This document shows positions 20,546 to 30,117 of a stretch of DNA of 64,000 bases, in pieces. A model generated the notes under the pieces. That model was given only the letters and a program-made list of their open reading frames with translations, was not told where the DNA came from and searched no databases. The number at the start of each line of letters is the position of its first letter. The stretch's first letter is position 1. The position numbers and the translations under genes are program-made. This DNA is from Vicinamibacteria bacterium (lineage in GTDB: Bacteria > Acidobacteriota > Vicinamibacteria > Marinacidobacterales > Marinacidobacteraceae), in contig OY729431.1 in NCBI GenBank assembly GCA_963422395.1, positions 864,001 to 928,000 of the forward strand, read 5' to 3'.

Positions 20546-21469
20546 TCAGTAGCCAGAGTCAGCAAGGGTTGCCGCCGGCGGGAGCGGCGACCCGGTGATC
20601 CGTTCGTACGCGCTCAGAAAGCGCTCCGTCGTGCCTCGAATCACGGCTTCGGGAAGGCGCGGCGCCGGGGGCGTCTTGTCCCAATCCAAGGTTTCCAGAT
20701 AGTCGCGCACGAACTGCTTGTCGAAACTCGGCTGCAGCTTGCCGGGGGCGTATTCGTCTGCCGGCCAGAAGCGGGAGGAATCGGGAGTCAGCACTTCGTC
20801 GATCAGACAGATCCGTCCGTCGTCGTCGAGGCCGAACTCGAACTTGGTGTCGGCGATGATGATGCCCCGTTCCGCCGCCCAGGCGACTCCGGTCGTGTAG
20901 ATCTCGCGGGAGACTTCGTGAAGCCGGGTCGTCAGTTCTCTTCCGATGGCGTTCGCCATGAAGTCCTCGCTGATGTTCTGGTCGTGTCCGTCTTCGGCCT
21001 TGGTGGCCGGAGTGAAGAGCGGTTCGGGAAAACGGTCGGCGAGTGACATGCCCTCGGGCAGGGGGATGCCGCAGACGCTTCCTTCCCTGCGGTACTCCTT
21101 CCAGCCCGAGCCGTAGAGGAAGCCGCGCATCACGCACTCGAAGGGAATCGGAGTGAGGCGCTCGACGAGCATGGAGCGGCCGTCGAGGACGGCTTTCGCC
21201 GGAGAGAGAACTTCGGGGTAATCGTTCACCTCGGCGGTGACCAGGTGGTTTCGGACGATGGTTTCGGTCCGACGGAGCCACCAGGCGCTCAGACCGTTCA
21301 GTACCCGCCCCTTCTCCGGGATCCCGTCCGGAAGAACCACATCGAACGCCGACACCCGGTCGGTGGTCACGAGCAGGAGCTGCCCGCCGACCTCGTAGAT
21401 GTCGCGGATCTTGCCGCGGCTATGGAGGGAGGCGCCTTCGATCGAAGTATTCAGGACGGGTTGGGGCAT
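20546..21469 (-). CDS. purC: SAICAR synthase
   Basis: GKIRDIY, TDRVSAFD, FTPATKA..GHD.NI, IADTKFEFG, DEVLTPDSSRFW. Confidence 0.97.
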   Translation of the reverse strand: MPQPVLNTSIEGASLHSRGKIRDIYEVGGQLLLVTTDRVSAFDVVLPDGIPEKGRVLNGLSAWWLRRTETIVRNHLVTAEVNDYPEVLSPAKAVLDGRSMLVERLTPIPFECVMRGFLYGSGWKEYRREGSVCGIPLPEGMSLADRFPEPLFTPATKAEDGHDQNISEDFMANAIGRELTTRLHEVSREIYTTGVAWAAERGIIIADTKFEFGLDDDGRICLIDEVLTPDSSRFWPADEYAPGKLQPSFDKQFVRDYLETLDWDKTPPAPRLPEAVIRGTTERFLSAYERITGSPLPPAATLADSGY

Positions 21470-21571
21470 GGTGCGGAGATGGTACGGGCAGAAACGCCCC
21501 GCGAAGCAGTGGAGCGAACCGCCTTGCAGTTCCGCGCTTCCGCCGCGGCCCGGCGGATTTCGTGCGCGGGA

Positions 21572-22558
21572 TCAGGGTTCGTCGTCGATTCGGACGCGGG
21601 CGGTGCCATTGCCGGTGCGGAGCCGGATGCGAGCTCCGGCGCCCGCGCCCACTGCCGCCACCGCGAGCGGCCCGCGTCGTTTCCAGGAGAGAGGTTGCGG
21701 GCTGTCTTCCGTTTCGCGGTCGCCGAGGATGCTGATCTCGGCGTCCGCATTCCGGGGTAGCGCGAGCCGCACGCTGCCGTTTGCGGTCCGGAGGATCCAA
21801 TCTCCCCTGAGCGGAGCGGCGGAAGCCCGGGCGTCCACTTCGATCCGCCCGTCCGCGGAAACTGCCCACACTTCGCGAAGCGCCCCAGCGAGACGGATTC
21901 GGCCTTCGCCGGACTCGGCGCGCACCCGGCCTTCGAGATCGTTGCCTTCGATCCGTCCTCGAACGGTGCGCAGCCGGATGGGCTCGCCGCTCTGGCCCGA
22001 GGGCGAGCGGAGGGACACTGCGCGGATTCGTCCCTGGCCGGTCATCACCCGGACCGGGCCGGAAAGGCCGCGCAGCTCGATCCGCCCGGCGGTGGTGCGG
22101 GCGTCCACCGCGGCTCCTTCGGGGACCGCGATGCGAAGCTGCAGTCCGAGCCTCTCACCCGGGCGCCAGACTCCGGCAGCGGCGGACCGGCCGGTGACGA
22201 ACAGCGCGTCCGTCACCGGGTCGGGACGCGCCTCGACGAGCAGCGTCTCGAGCGCGGAGCGCGCGGCCTCTCGGGAAAATGACCAAGCCGACCGCCGCAC
22301 TTCGATCTCCACCCACGCTCCGGGGTGTTCGGAGATCACCAGGGAGCCGCGGTCGAGCCGCACGATCAACCCCTGCCCCGCAGGATGGCGGAGGTTCTCG
22401 ACCGAGGTCTCTCTGATGGGGGGCTGGCAGCCCGAGAGCCCGAAAGCGAACAGAATTCCGAGCGCGAGAAGGGACGGTGCGGACGAGACCCTGGCAGTCT
22501 GTGGATGAAGCGGCGTGAGCCCCCAGAGCGGGGACGGCGCGCGGGAGGAGCGGGTCAC
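21572..22558 (-). CDS. DUF4097-family beta-repeat (adhesin-like) lipoprotein
   Basis: Lipobox-like GLSGC; repeated T..G.I motifs (RTTAGRIE, MTGQGRIR, RTANGSVR). Confidence 0.7.
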   Translation of the reverse strand: MTRSSRAPSPLWGLTPLHPQTARVSSAPSLLALGILFAFGLSGCQPPIRETSVENLRHPAGQGLIVRLDRGSLVISEHPGAWVEIEVRRSAWSFSREAARSALETLLVEARPDPVTDALFVTGRSAAAGVWRPGERLGLQLRIAVPEGAAVDARTTAGRIELRGLSGPVRVMTGQGRIRAVSLRSPSGQSGEPIRLRTVRGRIEGNDLEGRVRAESGEGRIRLAGALREVWAVSADGRIEVDARASAAPLRGDWILRTANGSVRLALPRNADAEISILGDRETEDSPQPLSWKRRGPLAVAAVGAGAGARIRLRTGNGTARVRIDDEP

Positions 22559-24312
22559 CGGGGTTCTCGGGAGCGAATCACGATCTCCCCCGTCGTGGTG
22601 GACACCGAAACGAGCGGCCCGCCGGCAGCCTCCGCGTTGCGCCAGACCAAGTATTCCTCGGGGGGGTCTCCGGGATGGTCACTCTCTCGGACCGACTCGA
22701 GCTCGAAGTCGCTGACGACTTCTTCCACCCCGGGGTCCACCCGGAGGGTGAAGGGCTCCCCGGCAGAAATCCGGAGTGCGATATCCCCGCTGCCGGTGTG
22801 CAGGGAAATCTCCCCTTCCATGCTGTCCACCGTCGCCTCGAGGTCGGCATCGCCGCCATCCAGCGAGAGCGGCCCCCGGAATTCCCGCACCGTGACCGCG
22901 CCGGCATCGGCGGCGATGACCACCGGCCCCGAGAGGCCGGAGGCGAGCACCTCGCTGCGGCCGGAGGCGATCTTCGTATTGCCCGAGATTCCGTCGACGA
23001 GCAAGATGCCGCCGGACTGCGAGATATCCACCCCGGAACCGGCGGCCCGCACTTCGACCACCGCGGACTCCGCCCGGATGGTGAGGGCCCCGGCCACCGA
23101 GGCGGCGAGAACCGGACCGTAGTCGGAGCGCACCCGCGCTTCCCGGGCGATCCCGCGGAGGCTCACGGGGGCGATGCTCGCCTTCACCTCGACCGGGCCG
23201 ACCGCCTCCGAGATTTCGACCGGAGCATCTTCCCCGGTCACGGTGACCCGCCCGGCGGCGTCCGCGATCCATACGGGCGCGCCGTCAGACTCGACGGAAA
23301 CCGCCCGCTCCACCGATTCGACCTCGATCACGGCGCGCCGGCCGCGAATCCGGAGCGGGCCGCCGATCCCGGCGGCCCAGACCACTCCGTCGCGCGCCGA
23401 AAGGAAGACTTCACCCAGGGCGCCCTCGACCTCCAGCACGCCCCCACTGCCCCGGGCGGTCACATCCGAGAACGGGCCGCGGATGCGGATCGGCCCTCGC
23501 CCGCTCACTGCGGAAATGGCGACCCCCGGAGGCGCGGTCACCACGAGATCGAGCGCGATCTCGGAATCCCCGTCGTCCTCCACGCCGATGACGATCCGGT
23601 GTCCATCGTCTGGCGCGCCGTTCTCCGCGGTGGAGGAGGTGAGCCGAACCGTCTCTGCCCGGGAGGTGGCTTCCCTGCGATTCTCGGCCCAGACCCGTTT
23701 CGTGAGAGTGAGGCGGACTTCGCGCGGTGCCGGCGGCGCGCTGCCGGCGGCCGGGGGTTCCGCGGCTGGGGAATCCGCGGCGATCGGTTCGCCGCCAGCT
23801 CGGGATGCCGGCGGAGTGACGGCAGTCGGTTCGGTAGGCAGTGCGGCTTCGACCAGAATTCCTCCCCGGGGCAGTTCCAGTGCGATCTCCACGCTCCCTG
23901 CAGTCGGTACGGAGATCTTCCGTTCCTCGACGAACACCTGTTGGGGCCGGGGGGAAGCCTGGTCTTCGGCCCAGCGGCTCAGTTCGGTGAGGCGGAAGCG
24001 GATGTCGTGTCCTTCGATGATCCGCCGCGCGAAGGTGAGGCCGGTGCCGAAGACCACGAGGAGGACGAGCAGGACGATCTCGACGAACCCGAAGCGGGCT
24101 CGTCCGGTGCGGAGTCGGGTCCCGACCTTCCACACCCCCCACAGAATCAGGATCGCCGGCCACCACACCGCGAGGTGCGGCAGCAGATCGAGGATCCACA
24201 GCGCGAGCCGCGCCCCGGCGAGATTGATGGCGAGCGCGAGTCCGCCGACGAGGATCAGTGCCGCTCCGAGCGCAGTGGCGCAGCCGCTGCCGCGGCGCAC
24301 GGCGCCGGTCAC
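22555..24312 (-). CDS. Membrane-anchored DUF4097-family protein with LiaF-like N-terminal TM region
   Basis: N-terminal TM helices with WWPAILILWG; many beta-strand repeats (SGRGPIRI, SDYGPV, TGSGDIAL). Confidence 0.7.
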   Translation of the reverse strand: MTGAVRRGSGCATALGAALILVGGLALAINLAGARLALWILDLLPHLAVWWPAILILWGVWKVGTRLRTGRARFGFVEIVLLVLLVVFGTGLTFARRIIEGHDIRFRLTELSRWAEDQASPRPQQVFVEERKISVPTAGSVEIALELPRGGILVEAALPTEPTAVTPPASRAGGEPIAADSPAAEPPAAGSAPPAPREVRLTLTKRVWAENRREATSRAETVRLTSSTAENGAPDDGHRIVIGVEDDGDSEIALDLVVTAPPGVAISAVSGRGPIRIRGPFSDVTARGSGGVLEVEGALGEVFLSARDGVVWAAGIGGPLRIRGRRAVIEVESVERAVSVESDGAPVWIADAAGRVTVTGEDAPVEISEAVGPVEVKASIAPVSLRGIAREARVRSDYGPVLAASVAGALTIRAESAVVEVRAAGSGVDISQSGGILLVDGISGNTKIASGRSEVLASGLSGPVVIAADAGAVTVREFRGPLSLDGGDADLEATVDSMEGEISLHTGSGDIALRISAGEPFTLRVDPGVEEVVSDFELESVRESDHPGDPPEEYLVWRNAEAAGGPLVSVSTTTGEIVIRSREPR

Positions 24313-24509
24313 TGCGGTGGCGGCGGCGGCGGTTCGGAAGCGGTGCGGCGGTTCGCGAGCACGATCCGCAGCCCGATTGCGATGAGGAGGACTGGCCAGA
24401 AGCGGAACAGGTCGTCCAGATCGAGGAAGCCGAGGCTGTTCGCCAGGAACGCGACCCCAGCGATGATCAGCCCCACTCCGGTCCAGCTAGTTTCTCGAGC
24501 CATCGTCAT
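24309..24509 (-). CDS. Small LiaI/LiaF-like (DUF5668-type) membrane protein
   Basis: MTMARETSWTGVGLIIAGVAFLANSLGFLDLDDLFRFWPVLLIAIGL; translationally coupled on both sides. Confidence 0.75.
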   Translation of the reverse strand: MTMARETSWTGVGLIIAGVAFLANSLGFLDLDDLFRFWPVLLIAIGLRIVLANRRTASEPPPPPPQ

Positions 24510-25051
24510 TCCTTCCCCGGAGGTTTCGGCGGCGCGGAGCCCCCGCCTCCGAGTTCGAGGTTTCTTTCCTCCGCTCCCGCTGAGCGGATTGCCCCGTCGG
24601 TGGGCAACGGGTCGGGCGCTTCCTCCGCGGAACGTAGAAAGCCGGGGATCACCGGGCGGCCCCGGAGATGCTGCACCCCGATCCAGAGGAGCAGCAGCGG
24701 CCAAAGGCGTGCTGTCCAGCCGATCCCGGGGATGACCGCCAGGATGGCGACAGCGCCGACGAGAACCAGCCCCAAGGCCCAGCTGCGGTCCAGCGAGATG
24801 TCCGGGCGCCGCCCTTCGGCGCGCGCCTGCGCTGTCTCTTCGGCGACCCGTACTGCGTCGAGGATGCCGAAGAGCCATATTCCTAGAACGGCGAGGCCGC
24901 CCGCGGCGAATCCGGTATGGATGACGGTCTGCAAGGTGGCGAAGAAGATCGCTGCCAGCGCGAAGCCGCGGCTCACTGCACCGGCGTAGAGGTGGCCGAG
25001 GCCGGGAAACAGGACGGAGAGCACTCCGGCGATTGCGGGGGAGCGGTTCAT
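24506..25051 (-). CDS. Membrane protein (PGLGHLY motif plus LiaF-like TM hairpin)
   Basis: MNRSPAIAGVLSVLFPGLGHLYAG...LWPLLLLWIG; ATG overlaps the upstream stop. Confidence 0.75.
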   Translation of the reverse strand: MNRSPAIAGVLSVLFPGLGHLYAGAVSRGFALAAIFFATLQTVIHTGFAAGGLAVLGIWLFGILDAVRVAEETAQARAEGRRPDISLDRSWALGLVLVGAVAILAVIPGIGWTARLWPLLLLWIGVQHLRGRPVIPGFLRSAEEAPDPLPTDGAIRSAGAEERNLELGGGGSAPPKPPGKE

Positions 25052-25656
25052 GGGGCGGTGTCTCCACCAGGATCTGCGGGGATGGTCCCCTCGAAGCCGC
25101 CAGCCGCCGGATCGCGGGCACGGTCGTCGCGGCGGCGGGTAGCGCGTTCCAGGTCGCGGAGGCGGTCGCCCAGGCGGTCCATCCGATCTTCGAGCGCGAT
25201 CCCGAGCGAGGCGCGGAGCACCGCCAGTTCCACGAGGGCCCGGTCGGTCTGCCGGATGGCCGCTGCCCGTAGCTCGCTGACCCCCGTCGAGGCGGCGGCG
25301 AGACTGTCCAACGCACTGCGCAGCGGCGGCGGCTCGAGGAACAGCACGAGTACGGCGGCGGCCGCGGCGGCGAGCCAGGTCGGCCAATAGCGCCCGCGCC
25401 GCCCGTAGAGCGCGCGGAAGGGGGGCAGGGTGACGGAGAGGATCCGCTTGCGGAGCTCGGGGCGTTCCTGGTTCGCGCCGCCGCGGAAGTCCTGGAGCGC
25501 CCGATGGACGCTGCGGAGTTCCCCGTACAGCCGTGCGCGGCGGGGGCTGCGGGACATCTCTTCCCGGACCCTGGCCGCCTCGGCATCGTCCAGTTCTCCG
25601 GCCGCGAGCGCCGAGATCCGAGGCTCTATCCAGGGTTCCATCGGGGTGCCGCTCAC
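25048..25656 (-). CDS. Putative transmembrane anti-sigma factor
   Basis: Directly downstream of an ECF sigma; ISALAAGELD..EAARV anti-sigma-domain-like N-terminus and a single TM helix. Confidence 0.7.
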   Translation of the reverse strand: MSGTPMEPWIEPRISALAAGELDDAEAARVREEMSRSPRRARLYGELRSVHRALQDFRGGANQERPELRKRILSVTLPPFRALYGRRGRYWPTWLAAAAAAVLVLFLEPPPLRSALDSLAAASTGVSELRAAAIRQTDRALVELAVLRASLGIALEDRMDRLGDRLRDLERATRRRDDRARDPAAGGFEGTIPADPGGDTAP

Positions 25657-26237
25657 GGCGAGTTCTCCTCCGCGGGCGTCTTGAGGGCGCGGCGCGCCGC
25701 GGCGAGGTTGTGCCGTCCCCGATGGATGCGCGATTTCACGGTGCCGATGGGAATGCCGAGTCGCTCGGCGATCTCGGGATAGTCCAGGTCCATGAGGTCT
25801 CGCAGCAAGACCGGTTCGCCGAGCTCGGGGGGCAGCTGATCCAGCAGCCGGCGCACCCGCGCCGCCTCCTCGCGCCGTTCGGCGATGCTGTCCGGGTGTC
25901 GCCAGGAGGGGATCGAGGCTTCGGGGATCTGTTCCTCGGCGAGCAGCAGCGGAGCGCGGCGCCGCCGGCGATAGGCGTCGATCGCGGCGTTCGTGGCGAC
26001 CTGCCGCACCCAGGCGCCGAGTGCGCCCGAGGGGTCGTAGCTGCGCAGCACGGTCACGAGGCGCATGAAGATGTCCTGGGTGAGCTCATCGGCGTCGTCG
26101 GGAGTGGCGGCGAAACGATAGGCGATGCCCCAGATGGGTCTCTGGAACCGATCCACGAAGCTCCGCCAGGCGTCTTCGCGGCCGGCGAGGCAGTTTTGGG
26201 CGAGTTGGGCATCGGAGATTTTGGCCGGGGAGTCCAA
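25653..26237 (-). CDS. ECF sigma-70 family RNA polymerase sigma factor
   Basis: DADELTQDIF (region 2) and YPEIAERLGIPIGTVKSRIHRGR (region 4.2). Confidence 0.93.
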   Translation of the reverse strand: MDSPAKISDAQLAQNCLAGREDAWRSFVDRFQRPIWGIAYRFAATPDDADELTQDIFMRLVTVLRSYDPSGALGAWVRQVATNAAIDAYRRRRRAPLLLAEEQIPEASIPSWRHPDSIAERREEAARVRRLLDQLPPELGEPVLLRDLMDLDYPEIAERLGIPIGTVKSRIHRGRHNLAAARRALKTPAEENSP

Positions 26238-26273
26238 GGGGGGCGCTTCGCTCTTCTCCCGACTAGGAACCTG

Positions 26274-26299
26274 TAACGAACCGCGTTCGGCAACGGTTC
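26274..26299 (-). promoter_or_regulatory. ECF-type promoter GAACC-N16-CGTTA upstream of the sigma gene
   Basis: Minus strand reads gaacc gttgccgaacgcggtt cgtta, ending 36 bp before the sigma start. Matches the AAC/CGT ECF consensus. Confidence 0.65.
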
Positions 26300-26324
26300 G
26301 GAAAGGAGTGCTGAAGGATCGCTG

Positions 26325-26822
26325 TCAGCAGGAGGAGGGGCGCCGGCGGTGATCCCGGTGCGCACCGGGGGTCCGCTGCTTCAGGAGTGCGCGGATCTCC
26401 TTCACGAAGTCCTGGGTATCCTGGAAATCGCGGTACACCGAAGCGAAGCGGACGAAGGCTACATGGTCCTCCTGCTTCAGCTCTTCCATCACGACTTCGC
26501 CGATCTGCTTCGCGGGAAGCTCCCGGTCGGGACTCTCGGCCACTACCGCGGCCACTCGGTCGACGATGGCCTCGATCTTCGCTTCGGCGATCCTGCTTCC
26601 GCACGCCTTCCGGAGGCCCGAGAGCACCTTGCTGCGCTCGAAGACCTCGCGGCCGCCGTCCTTCTTGACCACCATGCAGGGAATCTCTTCCACGACTTCG
26701 TAGCTGGTGAAGCGCCGGCCGCATTCGAGGCATTCACGCCGGCGGCGGGTGACTTCGCCTTCCCGACGCTCCCTCGAATCCACCACCCGGTCCTCGGGGT
26801 GGGCGCAGTAGGGGCACTTCAT
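26325..26822 (-). CDS. nrdR: Transcriptional repressor NrdR
   Basis: MKCPYC...VVDSR...RRRRECLECGRRFTSYE, ATP cone VVKKDG.RE.F, VAFVRFASVY. Confidence 0.97.
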   Translation of the reverse strand: MKCPYCAHPEDRVVDSRERREGEVTRRRRECLECGRRFTSYEVVEEIPCMVVKKDGGREVFERSKVLSGLRKACGSRIAEAKIEAIVDRVAAVVAESPDRELPAKQIGEVVMEELKQEDHVAFVRFASVYRDFQDTQDFVKEIRALLKQRTPGAHRDHRRRPSSC

Positions 26823-27769
26823 GGAGGCGTCCCGGAGGCGGCCGCAGCGTATGCGGCTTCGATGGTGCGGGCGGGTTTCCGGAGCCGCAGGTCCTCCTCC
26901 ATGCCGGGCCAGGCTGCGGCCCGCGGCAGGAGGCCGACGATCTCGGAGAACAAGACTTCGGTCCCTTCCGTCCGCGCTTCGCTCAGTACCCGGTCGAAGA
27001 CTTCCGGCAGGGCAGTCGTTCGCCAGTCGAGCAGGTTCATCGAGACTTGAGCCAAGGGGCGGCCGCCGTCGGGGTCCCGCGCCCGGACGCCGATGGCGCG
27101 AAGCGCGGGGAGTCCGCCGCTGCTGGCCCGCACTCGGCGGGCGATGCGGCGCGCCGAGGCCGCATCGTCGGTGTCGAGGTTCTGGTTGAAGGCGATGAGC
27201 GGTTCCCGTGCGCCCACCGAGACCGCTCCGGCGGAGGGGTGGAGCCGGGTGGGGCCGAAATCGGGAGCGATCTCGCCCCGCGACAGGCGGCCAGAGAGTC
27301 CTGGCAGGCCGCCTCGCCGGATTTCCGGGAGCGGACGGCGGTTCGGGCCGCTGCGGCCGTAGAGGAAGACCGGTGCCGCTCCCGAGGCGCCGATCTCCTT
27401 TCCGAGCGAACGGGCGAGCCGGACCGCGTCGTCCATTGACGCTCCCTCCAGGGGAACGATCGGGAGCACATCGAGCGCTCCGGTCCGGGGGTGCTCGCCC
27501 CGGTGCCGCCGCAAGTCGATGTCCCGGAGCGCGATCTCGAAGAGTCGGAGCGCGGCGCGCCGGACCTGCATGGCGTCTCCGGCGAGAGTGAGAACGGTGC
27601 GATGGTGCGAAGCGTCGGAATGGGTGTCGAGGAGAAGAGGGCCGCCCGCTGCTTCGAGCTTCCGAATCGTCCCCCGAGCGCGGCCCTCGCTGAAGTTGGG
27701 GACGCATTCGAGCCAGGTTCCCCGCCTGCTGCCCGGGAGCAGGAGGTCCGAATTTCCCCTCCTCGCCAT
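26819..27769 (-). CDS. ftcD: Glutamate formimidoyltransferase
   Basis: LECVPNFSEGR, D..HHRTVLT, H.GEHPR.GALDV.P, GAREPLIAFN, QVSMNL. Confidence 0.9.
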   Translation of the reverse strand: MARRGNSDLLLPGSRRGTWLECVPNFSEGRARGTIRKLEAAGGPLLLDTHSDASHHRTVLTLAGDAMQVRRAALRLFEIALRDIDLRRHRGEHPRTGALDVLPIVPLEGASMDDAVRLARSLGKEIGASGAAPVFLYGRSGPNRRPLPEIRRGGLPGLSGRLSRGEIAPDFGPTRLHPSAGAVSVGAREPLIAFNQNLDTDDAASARRIARRVRASSGGLPALRAIGVRARDPDGGRPLAQVSMNLLDWRTTALPEVFDRVLSEARTEGTEVLFSEIVGLLPRAAAWPGMEEDLRLRKPARTIEAAYAAAASGTPP

Positions 27770-27853
27770 GCTGCGGGGGCGAGTATAGTTGCCGGAGTTT
27801 CCTTGGTTTCCAGCGGGTTCCTGTTGGATTCGCATCGCTGCCTGCGCGCTCCA

Positions 27854-28735
27854 GTGACCTCTGACGAGACCGGAGAGCCTCCCGCAGTAACGACCGGCGG
27901 CCAGGCTGGGCAGGCCCCTCGGGAGCATTGGAGCGAGACGGTTCGCCGCAGGGTCGAAGATAGCGCTGCCGGGGCGCCGAAATCGGAGGCGCCGAGAGCG
28001 GAGGTGCCGGAATCCGAAGTGCCGGAGGCGGAGGCCGATTCCTCGCTGGATTCCAGAGCGGTTCGGGAACGGGTCGAACGGCGTCTCCGGGAAGCCGCGG
28101 AGCGCCGCGAAGTGCCGGTTGCGGCAAGGGATGCCGGCTCCGGCGAAGCCCGTCCCTACCCGGCGGCCCCCGCTGCCCCGGGGCGAATTCCCGAGGACGA
28201 CCTGCCCGCGCCGGCGGGTAGCGACGGGGAGGCCGCCGAGGAAGTGCCCGGGGAGGAGGGTCTTTTTCCCGGGGAGTCTTCTTCCACTGCCCGATCCCGC
28301 CTCGCCGAGACGATCGCCACCTGTGCTTTCCTCGGCCGCATCCCGTGGGCGCCGGGGACTTTCGGCTCGGCGGCGGGGCTCGGCGCTTTCTTCCTCACCT
28401 GGAGCCTGTCTCCTTGGATCCAGGGGCTCCTCCTCCTCGCGGTGACCCTGGTGGGAACCTGGGCGGCGCATCGCCACGCGAAGGATCTGGGCTGCGGCGA
28501 CCCGCAGTCGGTGGTCGTGGACGAGTTCTGCGGGATGTGGCTGGCGCTGGTCGCTGCCGCTCCCTCGCTCGGGGTAGCGCTGGCCGCGTTCCTCGGTTTC
28601 CGCGCTCTCGACATCTTCAAACCCCCGCCGGTGCGCCAGGCAGAACGCCTTCCCGGCGGCATCGGAATCATGGCGGACGACCTGCTGGCCGGCGGCATCG
28701 TCCGGGCGCTGGTTTTCCTCTTCGCTGTTTTTTAG
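27854..28735 (+). CDS. pgpA: Phosphatidylglycerophosphatase A with acidic N-terminal extension (start uncertain)
   Basis: APGTFGS, DPQSVVVDE..G, FRALDIFKP.P, GG.GIMADD. Confidence 0.85.
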   Translation: MTSDETGEPPAVTTGGQAGQAPREHWSETVRRRVEDSAAGAPKSEAPRAEVPESEVPEAEADSSLDSRAVRERVERRLREAAERREVPVAARDAGSGEARPYPAAPAAPGRIPEDDLPAPAGSDGEAAEEVPGEEGLFPGESSSTARSRLAETIATCAFLGRIPWAPGTFGSAAGLGAFFLTWSLSPWIQGLLLLAVTLVGTWAAHRHAKDLGCGDPQSVVVDEFCGMWLALVAAAPSLGVALAAFLGFRALDIFKPPPVRQAERLPGGIGIMADDLLAGGIVRALVFLFAVF

Positions 28736-28806
28736 CAGCGGTTCGAGTTACCTCATCCGCGGACTGCCAGCCAGGAATCCCGGCGGAAAGCCAGGCGGAA
28801 AGAAAG

Positions 28807-30090
28807 TTGGTTGGAAATTCCGGCAGGCGGGGCTTCGGGGGCGCGGCGGTGGTCGCGGTCGGGACCGAGCTCCTCGCCCCCGGCCGGGTGGACACGAACA
28901 CCCCGACGCTCAAGGCCCGGCTTGCCGAGCTGGGCATCCCGGTGGCCTTTACCGCCGTCGTACCCGACGAAGAGGCGGCCATCGCGGAAACTCTGGGTGC
29001 GGCGCTCCGCCGTTGCCGCTTCGTGTTCGTCTCGGGCGGCCTGGGGCCGACGACCGATGATCGGACCCGCTCCGCTGCCGCCCGCACCCTCAGGGTGCCG
29101 CTGGTCGAGCACGCACCTTCCCTCTCGGCGATCCGGGCCCGCTTCCGTCGCCGCCAGATGCGGATGCCGGAGGGGAACCGCAGCCAGGCGCTTCTCCCCG
29201 AAGGGGCCGAGGCGTTGCCGAATGCTGCCGGAACCGCTCCCGGAGTGTTCGCCCACTCGTCGGAGGGTGCGCGCCTCGTCCTGCTGCCGGGCCCGCCGCG
29301 CGAGCTCACCCGGATGTTCGATGCGGAGGTCGGGCCCCGGATCGAGGCGTATCTCAGGGCGGAACCGAGAGCGGCCACCCTGCCCGTCACGACAGCTCTC
29401 CGGGTCGCCGGCCTTCCCGAATCGGTGCTCCAGGAGCGCATCCTCGATCTCACTCCGCCGCCTGAAGCGCCGGAAGAGATCGCCATCCTGGCGTCGGACG
29501 GCGAAATCGAGGTCCGGGTCTCGGCGCCGGCGGAGCGAGCCGGCGCAGGCTCGGAGCTCTCGGACCGGATCGCGGAGCGGCTCGGCGAGGCGGTCTTCAC
29601 CCGCTCGGCGGGAGAACGGCTCGAACATGTCGTCGGCCGCTTGCTCGCGGCGCGCCGGGAACGGGCCGCGCTCGCCGAATCGCTGACCGGGGGTCTGATC
29701 GCCGAGCGCATCACCCGGGTGCCAGGAGCTTCGGGCTGGTTCGACCTCGCACTCGTGACGTATGCGAACGAGGCGAAACGCACCCTCATCGGCGTCTCGG
29801 AGGAGACCCTCAGAACGCGCGGCGCGGTGAGCGGAGAAGTCGCGGTGGAGATGGCGGACGGCGTCCGTGTCCGATCGGGGAACGCCTGGGGTCTCTCGGC
29901 TACCGGGATCGCCGGACCCGGAGGAGCCGTTGCGGGAAAGCCGGTGGGCCTCGTCTGGGTCGCGGTCAGCGGACCGGAGGCGCGGGTCCGCCGGTACCGC
30001 TTTCCGGGTGACCGGGTGTTGGTGCGGCGGTTGGCCGCGACGGCTGCCCTCGATCTGTTGCGGCGGTCGCTCGAATCGGCGTCCCGGTAA
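28807..30090 (+). CDS. cinA: CinA-family protein (MocF-like domain plus NMN deamidase PncC)
   Basis: VGTELL, DTN, SGGLGPTTDD.T, GTAPG, LPGPPRE, AESLTGG, TGIAGPGG...KPVG. Confidence 0.92.
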   Translation: MVGNSGRRGFGGAAVVAVGTELLAPGRVDTNTPTLKARLAELGIPVAFTAVVPDEEAAIAETLGAALRRCRFVFVSGGLGPTTDDRTRSAAARTLRVPLVEHAPSLSAIRARFRRRQMRMPEGNRSQALLPEGAEALPNAAGTAPGVFAHSSEGARLVLLPGPPRELTRMFDAEVGPRIEAYLRAEPRAATLPVTTALRVAGLPESVLQERILDLTPPPEAPEEIAILASDGEIEVRVSAPAERAGAGSELSDRIAERLGEAVFTRSAGERLEHVVGRLLAARRERAALAESLTGGLIAERITRVPGASGWFDLALVTYANEAKRTLIGVSEETLRTRGAVSGEVAVEMADGVRVRSGNAWGLSATGIAGPGGAVAGKPVGLVWVAVSGPEARVRRYRFPGDRVLVRRLAATAALDLLRRSLESASR

Positions 30091-30117
30091 AGGGACTTCC
30101 TCGCTCTTCCCACGGGG

